DNA of 33,801 bases from Lysobacterales bacterium (lineage in GTDB: Bacteria > Pseudomonadota > Gammaproteobacteria > Xanthomonadales > Xanthomonadaceae), in the NCBI GenBank assembly GCA_038222295.1, contig JBBRHT010000001.1:1-33801 (forward strand), given 5' to 3'. The notes under the pieces are model-generated. The model did no database searches. It was not told the origin of the DNA and worked only from the letters and a program-made list of their open reading frames with translations. Positions 27,301 to 33,801 of the stretch are shown here, one piece after another; the first letter of the stretch is position 1; each line of letters begins with the position of its first letter. The translations under genes were made by a program, and so were the position numbers.

Positions 27301-27607
27301 CGCCGACCGACGCCGGGTTCTGGTCGAAGATTGGCGTCCACGTCCGCCCGGCGTCCAGCGTCTTCCAGACGCCGCCACCAGCCGCGCCGAAGTAGAACGT
27401 GTCGGGCTGCGCGGGCACGCCGGTGACTGCCGTTCCCGAGCCAGCGCGATGCGGTCCGATCAGGCGCCAGGCCATGCCGGCCAGCGCGGCCGATTTGACC
27501 GGTCCGGCAACCGGTGCCGCGGTAGCGGACACGGTCGCGAGGGCCAGCGCAGCGAACGACACGGCGAGCGCCATGGCCAGCAACGGCCTGCTTGTGTGGA
27601 CGGGCAT
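24374..27607 (-). CDS. Large secreted BNR/Asp-box (VPS10/sortilin-like, glycosyl-hydrolase-related) beta-propeller protein
   Basis: 1077 aa with a signal peptide. WRLIGP start and many S/TxDxGxxW Asp-boxes (TLDAGRTW, SVDAGKTW, SDDGGRSW, SVDGGRHW, SDDAGGHW, TVDGGATW, SLDQGATW, TRDGGTQW, THDDGRTW, SFDDGDHW). Helical C-terminal tail. Confidence 0.9.
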   Translation of the reverse strand: MPVHTSRPLLAMALAVSFAALALATVSATAAPVAGPVKSAALAGMAWRLIGPHRAGSGTAVTGVPAQPDTFYFGAAGGGVWKTLDAGRTWTPIFDQNPASVGAIAVAPSDPRVIYVGTGQITTRYDVAAGEGVFKSVDAGKTWASVGLKDTRHIGSIWVDPANPDHVLVGALGHVFGPNDERGVFRSDDGGRSWSRTLFVSADTGAVDVVADPADSSVVFASVWQVRFRPWMSYFTPDYGQESGIFKSVDGGRHWTRLSGGGWPDGKLGRIGLAATHVASGTRVYAVVDAEKTGGLYRSDDAGGHWQRVNDDGELINAYFSRLAIAPDDPDTVFAMGRSIHRCSNGGSRCDIIKGSPGGDDYHDLWINPKDPQRMITGSDQGTVVTVDGGATWSSWYNQPTGQLYHLATDNRFPYWIYAGQQDNGTVAIASRTDYGAITSRDWHPVGADERDYDIPDPRNPDIVYGSGLGGRLSRWDARNGEVQNISPWPVSTYGARPIAAKYRYSWITPIAVSSVAPYPLYQGAQVLFRSLDQGATWTIVSPDVAPRDPARGDCDKDQAPEGARACGYGVIFSIGLSPRDNDRIWLGTDDGRVKMTRDGGTQWQDVTPAGVPAWSKISTVDVSALDPATAYIAVDNHRADDFRPMAWRTHDDGRTWTPIGAGLPDGHFVGVVRADPKQRGLLYAGTDRGVWVSFDDGDHWQSLQRNLPSSIVTDLLVHGDDLVVATQGRSIWLMDSLAPLRQLDAAVVREPVHLFRPDPAVRLRGNQNRDTPLPREEPAGRNPPDGAAIDYWLASDAKGPVTLRILDAGGAQVQAFSSDDATPALPVDRYFEERWLGTPQRLAGSAGAHRFSWNLRMPRPRADAYGYSIAAIDGDEATLLPEGMLVAPGRYTLVLRANGQEQRTTLDVVADPRVPVDPAAVTQALALSADLTAAMSRQAVANAEIQAANKQVQALATKTPQAPALASAIKAFSATLSPLVEGEGEQAPLNMSAIGGEFTALEVDLESSDRAPTAPQRAVHAQYAARLERALQQWTRIKAQALPALDAALQAAGEPAIKLAARSGIPADMGVSREIP

Positions 27608-27833
27608 GGATGCGGTTCCGGACAGGACCCTGGCAGTCTACCGCTCGCCACCTGCGCCGGTTGTCGCATTCAGCCGCATGGTTGACCTGATGTCGCCGCG
27701 ACAGCCGGTGGCGCAGTCCGCTCGCGCGCGTGGTTGCATTGCGGTACAAGTTGCCATCGAGCCCGGCGCCGACCGCGCATCCGGACTCTTCGCTGGCACA
27801 ATCGCCAGCGTCGCGATTGGGAAGACCCGGCCA

Positions 27834-29657
27834 ATGCTTCGCAACTTCCCCGTGGCACCGCACCTCACCGCCGACCGGAAGGCGCGCACGATGCGTGCCG
27901 CCGGGTGGCTCGGGTTGGCTGTCGCGGCCGGGGGCCTGCTGATTCTCACCGGCTGGGCATTCGGCCTGTCGCGCCTGACGGCCCTGTTGCCGGGACTGGC
28001 CCCGGCCAAGGCCAACGCGGCGGTGTGTTTCGTCCTGCTGGGGGCGGGCTTGTACCTGTCCGTGAGTCCGAAGCGATACGGCAGCGGCCTCGCGCCGCCG
28101 CTGGCGATCATCGCTGGTGCGATCGGCCTGCTGTCGCTGCTGGAAGCCGTGTTGGGGTGGGATGCCGGCATCGATCAACTGCTGTTCATCGATACGACAC
28201 TCCTGCCGGCCTCACCCGTCCCGGGACTGATGGCGCCCGCCACGGCTGTCGACTTCGTGCTGCTGGCCGCTGCGATCTGCCTGCTGGACGTCGAGACCCG
28301 GAACGGATGGCGCCCTGCCAACTGGCTGGCACTGCTCGTCGCCGTCACCGCCTTCCTCACGATCCTGGGCTACGTGTACCGCGTGGAGGCGCTGTACCGG
28401 ATCGCCGCGCTTGCCGCGGTGGCCTTGCCGACCGCCGTGCTGTTGCTGCTGTCGGCCGTCGCGGTGGCGATCGCGCGCCCGGGGTCGCGCTTCGTGCGCC
28501 AGGTCCTGGGCAGCGATGCTGCCGGCGTGATCAATCGTCGCCTGCTGCCGGCGGCACTGCTGGTGCCGGCCGCGATCACCTGGGTCTACCTGCAGGGCGA
28601 GCGTCTTGGACTGTACGACGGTGTGTTCGCGCTGGCGCTGGTCGCAACGACGGATGTCGTCGTGTTCTCGCTGCTGGTGTGGTGGAGCACCATGGGCGTG
28701 CGACGCATGGGTCTGCGCACGCACGTCCTGGCCGAAGCCAATGCCTGGCAGGAAGCCATCCTCGACAGCGCCAATCTCACCGTGGTCGCGACCGATCCCG
28801 ACGGCATCATCCGCACCATCAACGCCGGCGTCGTCGACATGCTCGGCTATGCGCCCGAGGAACTGGTCGGCAAGGCCACGCCGGTGCGCTTCCACGATCC
28901 GGACGAGGTGGCAACGCGTGCGCATGTGCTCTCGCACGAACTGGGCTGTCCGGTGACGGCGGATTTCGAGGCTTTCGTGGCCAAGGTCCGCCGCGGCGTA
29001 TCCGACGAGAACGACTGGACCTACGTCCGCAAGGACGGCAGCCGCTTCCCGGTTCGCTTGTCGGTCACCGCGATGAAGGACCATCGGGGCAACGTCACTG
29101 GCTATCTCGGCGTCGGTTACGACATCACGCTGCAACGGGTCGCGGAAGAAAAACTGCTACTGATGGCGCAATCGGACAGCCTCACCGGCCTGGCGAACCG
29201 CCGCCGTTTCGAGGAGCGCCTGCACGAAGCCATCGAGCGCAGCGAACGCAGCGGCGCCGGATTGGCGCTGGTCTACCTGGACCTGGATTACTTCAAGACC
29301 ATCAACGACACGCTCGGGCACCAGGCCGGTGATGCCGTGCTATGCGAGTTCGCGCGGCGCCTACGTGAATCGGTGCGCACCACGGATACCGTCGCACGGA
29401 TGTCAGGCGATGAGTTCGTCATCCTGGTCGAGGCACTCGACCACGCCGACGACGTCTACGCCGTCGCCGACAAGATCATCGAGGCCATGCGTGCGCCGTT
29501 TGCCGTGATGGAGAAGCAGCAGGTCGTCACCGTCAGCATGGGGATCGCGGTCCGCCAGCCCGGGGAAACGTCCAGCGAACAACTGCTGCGCCGAGCCGAT
29601 GCCGCGCTGTACCAGACCAAGGCGGCCGGACGCGGACACTACCAGCTGCACGCGTGA
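27834..29657 (+). CDS. Membrane-bound PAS-GGDEF diguanylate cyclase (SGDEF variant)
   Basis: Multiple N-terminal TM helices. PAS/PAC (LGYAPEELVGK, YVRKDGSRFPVRLSVT), then DSLTGLANRR, DLDYFKTINDTLGHQAGD, RTTD...SGDEF, ADAALY. Start at 27834 or 27891. Confidence 0.9.
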   Translation: MLRNFPVAPHLTADRKARTMRAAGWLGLAVAAGGLLILTGWAFGLSRLTALLPGLAPAKANAAVCFVLLGAGLYLSVSPKRYGSGLAPPLAIIAGAIGLLSLLEAVLGWDAGIDQLLFIDTTLLPASPVPGLMAPATAVDFVLLAAAICLLDVETRNGWRPANWLALLVAVTAFLTILGYVYRVEALYRIAALAAVALPTAVLLLLSAVAVAIARPGSRFVRQVLGSDAAGVINRRLLPAALLVPAAITWVYLQGERLGLYDGVFALALVATTDVVVFSLLVWWSTMGVRRMGLRTHVLAEANAWQEAILDSANLTVVATDPDGIIRTINAGVVDMLGYAPEELVGKATPVRFHDPDEVATRAHVLSHELGCPVTADFEAFVAKVRRGVSDENDWTYVRKDGSRFPVRLSVTAMKDHRGNVTGYLGVGYDITLQRVAEEKLLLMAQSDSLTGLANRRRFEERLHEAIERSERSGAGLALVYLDLDYFKTINDTLGHQAGDAVLCEFARRLRESVRTTDTVARMSGDEFVILVEALDHADDVYAVADKIIEAMRAPFAVMEKQQVVTVSMGIAVRQPGETSSEQLLRRADAALYQTKAAGRGHYQLHA

Positions 29658-29699
29658 CTGCGGCGAGCGAACCAGCGAATCGCGCCGGCGTGCACCCGC

Positions 29700-30376
29700 T
29701 CAGGCAGCCCGGACGCCTTCCGAATGCAGGGCCTTCACCAGCAACTCGGCGGCCCTGGCATTGGACTTGGGATTCTGCCCGGTGATCAGTTGCCGATCCT
29801 GCTTGACGTGGCTGAGCATCGGCACGCTGTTCTCGACATTGCCGCCCAGCTCGCGCAGTCGCCTGGACAGCAGGAAGGGCACCACGTCGTCCAGCCCGAC
29901 GAGCTTCTCCTCGGTATCGGAAAACGCCGTCAGCGTGTAGCCCGCGACGAGGGGCTTGCCGTCCGCGCGCGTCACCCCGACGAATGCGGCAGGGCCGTGG
30001 CACACCGACGCGATCGGCTTGCCCTGCGCATGGAAATCCGCGAGCAACGCCCCCAGCTGCGGGTTGTCGAGAAAGTCGAACATCGGGCCGTGTCCGCCCG
30101 GGATGAATATGCCGGCGTAGTCGCTGGCCTTCAGCTTGTCCAGCGGCAGCGTCTGCTGCAGGCGCTGCGCCGCCTCGTTCCACTCGGGTTTCTTGTCGCC
30201 CTCGTCGCTGCGGGAGTCGATCGGCGTGCTGCCGCCTTTGGGGCTCGCAACGATGATCGCATGCCCCGCATCGCGCAATGCGTTGTAGGGCGCGGCGAAC
30301 TCTTCCAGCCACGAACCAGGGGATGGCCGTTGGGCATCGTGCCGGCGCTGGTAACGATCACCAGGATGACGGCCAT
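29700..30376 (-). pseudogene. DJ-1/PfpI (type 1 glutamine amidotransferase-like) protein with a 1-nt frameshift near codon 20
   Basis: The N-terminus MAVILVIVTSAGTMPNGHP (ATG 30376, RBS GAGGA) is in one frame, while GSWLEEFAAPY...ASPKGG...PGGHGPMFD...SVCHGP...LITGQNP is in another. The junction lies at the G-run 30319-30322, and the span of 677 nt is one short of a multiple of 3. Confidence 0.8.
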
Positions 30377-30684
30377 GGCGTCCTCGCTTGCGTAAAGATC
30401 CGAGCATGGCGCGATGGACGTTAAGCCAACGCAAGTCGTCAGTGCAGGAGGACGGCGCCGCTTGCGCCAACGCGGCGACGCGGCACGTCTCGACAGCGGT
30501 ATCAGCAGGATCCGCCCCCGGACCCGGTGTCGCGCGCAGCGGCAGCGGAATCGCGCCCCCATCCAGTGATGCAGCAGGCTCAGCGCACGCGCACCAGCAG
30601 CAGGCCAAGCGCGCGCCGCCAGTGCCGGCCTGGATGAAGGGACTGCGGGTCGGGAGTATCCAAAAGATCGTCGCTTGCGGCAGG

Positions 30685-31644
30685 TCAGGCAGGTTTTGAG
30701 TCCGAAGGCGGCACGCGCAGGCTCAGCACAACGGTCGCGGCGATGATGACAGCGACCACGGCCAGTGACCACAACAGCGGGACCTTGAAGACGTCCAGCA
30801 ACAGCATCTTCGCGCCGACGAAGACCAGCACCAACGCAAGTCCGTAAGGGAGCAGGTGGAAGCGGTCCGCCATGCCCTGCAGCAGGAAGAACATCGCGCG
30901 CAATCCCAGCACCGCGAACACGTTCGAGGTCAGCACGATGAATGGATCGCTGGTGATCGCGAAGATCGCAGGGATCGAGTCGACGGCGAAGATCAAGTCC
31001 GTGATGCCGATCAGCACGATCACGACGAACAACGGGGTGTACCAGCGCCGTCCATCGCGCATCACCGTCAACGCGTTGCCGGAATACCCGGGTGCCAGCG
31101 GCAAGTGCCCGCGCATCCAGCGCAAGGCGGGATTGGCTTCCAGGTCCGGCGCCTTGCCGGCGGCGAGGAACATCTTGATGCCCGTCAGCACCAGGAATGC
31201 GCCGAACACGTAGAGGATCCAGTGGAAGCGGGCGAGCAGCAGCGCGCCGGCCAGGATCATCAGCGCGCGCAGGACGATCGCGCCCAGAACCCCGATCACC
31301 AGCACGCGCTGGCGCTGATCCTCGGGCACGGCGAAGTAGGAGAAGATCATCAGGAACACGAAGATGTTGTCGATTGCGAGCGACTTCTCGACCACGTAGC
31401 CGGTGAGGAACTCCAGTGCCACGCGGCCGCCGGTTTCCGCGCCAGCCTGCTGCGTCACCCACCACCACAGCCCCGCGTTGAACAGCAGCGACAAGGCGAT
31501 CCAGCCCAGGCTCCAGGCCAACGCTTCCTTGAACGTCACGCGGTGGGCGCCGCCGTGCCGCATCAGCACCAGGTCGACCAGCAGCGCGGCGGTCACGACC
31601 AGCGCAAATGCAGTCCATAGGGTCAGGTTGCCAATCGATTCCAC
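30685..31644 (-). CDS. alx: TerC/Alx family membrane protein (Mn2+ homeostasis)
   Basis: 319 aa, GTG start. FLTGYVVEKSLAIDNIFVF, GVLGAIVLR, DLIFAVDSIPAIFAIT.DPFIV.TSNVFAVLGLRAMFF. Preceded by a yybP-ykoY riboswitch. Confidence 0.93.
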   Translation of the reverse strand: MESIGNLTLWTAFALVVTAALLVDLVLMRHGGAHRVTFKEALAWSLGWIALSLLFNAGLWWWVTQQAGAETGGRVALEFLTGYVVEKSLAIDNIFVFLMIFSYFAVPEDQRQRVLVIGVLGAIVLRALMILAGALLLARFHWILYVFGAFLVLTGIKMFLAAGKAPDLEANPALRWMRGHLPLAPGYSGNALTVMRDGRRWYTPLFVVIVLIGITDLIFAVDSIPAIFAITSDPFIVLTSNVFAVLGLRAMFFLLQGMADRFHLLPYGLALVLVFVGAKMLLLDVFKVPLLWSLAVVAVIIAATVVLSLRVPPSDSKPA

Positions 31645-31725
31645 GCGTGCCTCCGGATTGAAAGCGCCTCATGGCCGGGACCGCGAGGCGTCATTCCTGG
31701 AGGAAGCGCAGCTTCGCCGTTCCGG

Positions 31726-31821
31726 CGAAGGTCTCGCCCGCATCGCGCACTGTGGCGGATGCCTGCGGACCGGGGCACGAGCCCGTGGTGACGATCCGGC
31801 AGCGGGAGCTACTCCCCTTCG
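31726..31821 (-). ncRNA. yybP-ykoY (Mn2+-sensing) riboswitch
   Basis: The minus strand reads CGAAGGGGAGTAGC...CGTCACCAC...GGCGAGACCTTCG. This has the GGGGAGUAGC and GCGAGACC hallmarks, a CGUCAxxAC loop and P1 closure CGAAGG/CCTTCG. It lies upstream of a terC/alx gene, the canonical context. Confidence 0.9.
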
Positions 31822-32100
31822 ACCAAGACGCTAGCACGTGATCCGTCTACGGGCATTTCACGAAAATGACAGCGCGGTGGACGCGCCTGTCCGGGCAGAT
31901 TGCCTGCCGCTGCGTCCCGGTCGCGGGGTGCTGGTGCAGCCCCTGAGTACCGAGCCGGCGCCGCTCGCTAGCGGCGATCCAGGGTCACCCGAGGGTTGGA
32001 CGGCAGGCCGGTCGCGCCGCCGCGTTTCCGATACCTGCGGCCGGGCATCGAGACGCGACGGATCGATGACCGTGGCGTCGGCAGCGCAGGGATCGTGGCG

Positions 32101-32124
32101 GTCGCGGCTGAAGCCGCCCCTACA
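32101..32124 (-). repeat. Single GTAG-family REP element
   Basis: Minus strand TGTAGGGGCGGCTTCAGCCGCGAC, i.e. GTAG plus palindrome GCGGCT-TC-AGCCGC. Intergenic, with no partner found nearby. Confidence 0.7.
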
Positions 32125-32196
32125 AGAGCGCAACCGTAACCAGAACGCCTTCAGGGATATTCGTCCGGTCGACGTCCGTCGCTTGGGCAGGTCGGC

Positions 32197-32583
32197 TCAA
32201 CACGTCCCTGCCTGCACCCAGCCGTTCGCCACGCGCCGCACTTTTTGCCCGGCCAGGCAGCGCTCGTTGGCATGGCCGCGCTGCGCCGCATCGCGAATCA
32301 CGCGTTGCTGTTCGACCAGTTGACGTTGTACGCGAAGGGTCTGTTCGCGGGCGGCGCGTGAGGGCTGGTCGCTCGCGGCGGCGACCGCGAGCGTGGCATT
32401 GGCGATGGATTCGGCGGGTGCCGGCGGCGCCACCGGTGCGGACGCCGCCGCGACTGCTGCGGCGTTCGATGCACCTTGCGGTGTTGTCCTGTGGCAGGCG
32501 CCGAGGCACGCCGTCAGCAGGAACAACGTCGCGATCCGACGCGCGTCGCGGGTGGTCGGCATGGGCCCATGGACTGTGCGCAT
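32197..32583 (-). CDS. Small putative lipoprotein (128 aa)
   Basis: C-terminal part of ORF 32197..33765. ATG at 32583 after GAGGA. Lipobox LGAC, Ala/Pro linker, Gln/Arg helix, terminal ERCLAGQKVRRVANGWVQAGTC. Confidence 0.65.
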   Translation of the reverse strand: MRTVHGPMPTTRDARRIATLFLLTACLGACHRTTPQGASNAAAVAAASAPVAPPAPAESIANATLAVAAASDQPSRAAREQTLRVQRQLVEQQRVIRDAAQRGHANERCLAGQKVRRVANGWVQAGTC

Positions 32584-32702
32584 CGGGTGTCCTCGTTGGC
32601 CATCGAACAACAGCAGGCCGGGTTGATGTGACCGAACTTGAAACCGATCGGTGAACGCAAAGGCGGCCGTCGCCGCCTGTGCTGCCTGGCGCCCGAACGC
32701 GC

Positions 32703-33605
32703 TCAGGCAGCGATCGCCTGCGCCGGGGCCGGCACAGTGTCGTCGCCGCAGACATCCCGCCACAGGTAATACATCACCCCGAACATCACGGCGAACAGCA
32801 TCAACATCATCGCGATGTAGAGCGGGATCATCAGCACCATCACCAGCCATGCGCCCACCAGCTTGCCCAACAGGGCGAAAAGGCCGGCCAGCAGCACGAC
32901 AACGATGGCGAGCACGACCCACGCGATCACCAGGCTCACGACGAACACGAGCAGCGGCAGCAGGTTCTTCAGCGCGCCGACCAGGCCATCGCCGATCGCG
33001 CCGAACACGCTGCGGCGGCCCAGCGCGACCTGGCCCAGGCTGATCGCATGGACGCCCATCATGAAGAGGCCGAGCACCAGGAACAGCGCAATGGCCACGC
33101 CAAAACCAGCGGGCAGCGTCGCCGGCGGCGGTTGGTGGCTGGCCTGTGCGGTGATCACCTGCATGTACCAACGCGCGATGCCGCCGCCAGTCGCGGCGAT
33201 GACGGCGCCGAATGCGGCGGTGTAGACCACCGCCATCGCCAGGCCGTAGCCGATCAGGCGTAGTGCGTCGCCCTGGCGATATGGCTGGAAGATGTCCCGC
33301 GCGCGCGCGGGCAATCCGCGCTCGGCCGCATCGATCACCCGCAGGTAGCCGGCGTACAGCGGCACCAGCAGCAGGCCGCCGATTGCGGAAATCGCCATGA
33401 TCCAGCCGAAGGTCGCCGGGTCGGGTTGCGTGCCGGCACGCAGTGCGCCGAACTGCATCGGCATCGTGACCAGTGTCGGCAACAGGCACAGCAGCAGCAG
33501 GAATGCGGCACCGCCGAACAAGGCCTTCGGATTGCCGTAGCCCACGTTGATGCCGCGCTTGAGCCAGCCCAAGCCGGCCAACGGACCATTCGATCGTGTC
33601 GTCAT
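32703..33605 (-). CDS. BPSS1780-like integral membrane protein
   Basis: ATG at 33605 after GGGGAG. 300 aa, N-terminal 'AGLGWLKRG', about 6 TM helices, C-terminal 'YYLWRDV'. Confidence 0.8.
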   Translation of the reverse strand: MTTRSNGPLAGLGWLKRGINVGYGNPKALFGGAAFLLLLCLLPTLVTMPMQFGALRAGTQPDPATFGWIMAISAIGGLLLVPLYAGYLRVIDAAERGLPARARDIFQPYRQGDALRLIGYGLAMAVVYTAAFGAVIAATGGGIARWYMQVITAQASHQPPPATLPAGFGVAIALFLVLGLFMMGVHAISLGQVALGRRSVFGAIGDGLVGALKNLLPLLVFVVSLVIAWVVLAIVVVLLAGLFALLGKLVGAWLVMVLMIPLYIAMMLMLFAVMFGVMYYLWRDVCGDDTVPAPAQAIAA

Positions 33606-33801
33606 GTGTCGCTCCCCAAACGTGGTCGACGCTCCCCACGCCGTGGGCCGAGCATAACGGGCGACGGGGGGCGGTGCAGGCATCGCAGGGGATGCCCATC
33701 TCCCGTTGTGCGGCCGGTGCGGGCCGGGAGAGGATCACCCGCACGGTCCTCGGCCTGGGGAGCACCCAAGGCAGACGACCTGCACAAGGGACTGTGGGGA
33801 G

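Noticed and set aside
24374-27607. Periodic repeats and long overlapping ORFs (e.g. 24506..26665 +) in the BNR gene
   Set aside because: Explained by Asp-box protein repeats and by stop-poor antisense frames typical of high-GC DNA.
30405-30440. Fourth TTAA site, upstream of the DJ-1/PfpI gene, as another PhoP-like box
   Set aside because: No matching second half-site at 11-bp spacing on either side.
31838-32323. 161-aa plus-strand ORF between the riboswitch and the lipoprotein gene
   Set aside because: No RBS or motif, it runs through a REP element and overlaps the opposite-strand lipoprotein. Treated as non-coding.

Overview
This is a GC-rich chromosomal window whose gene content and order point to a Xanthomonadaceae/Lysobacteraceae-type gammaproteobacterium (inference). 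From left to right it holds the 5' end of an NhaD-type antiporter, a lipoprotein, and hmgA-hppD (tyrosine catabolism) with a GTAG-type REP doublet between them. Next is a divergent, apparently intact but half type IV secretion operon (virB1-B2-B3-B4-B5-B6, with no virD4 or virB7-B11 anywhere in the window) whose leader and RBSs carry several GGA-loop hairpins of CsrA/RsmA type. A housekeeping block follows: dusA, an amidinotransferase-fold gene, a small exported protein, phoP, phoQ, then birA, coaX, a SPOR protein and tRNA-Thr(UGU). The right half is an accessory-looking stress and signalling region: YkvA-like protein, 65-aa orphan, two secreted EF-hand paralogues (one with a Met/His-rich 30-bp tandem repeat), TspO-like membrane protein, photolyase, histidine phosphatase, PilZ protein, large BNR/VPS10 beta-propeller protein, PAS-SGDEF diguanylate cyclase, a frameshifted DJ-1/PfpI gene, a yybP-ykoY riboswitch with alx/terC, a small lipoprotein and a BPSS1780-like membrane protein. 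I saw no integrase, transposase, CRISPR array or rRNA. All calls come from motif recognition by eye; no searches were run.
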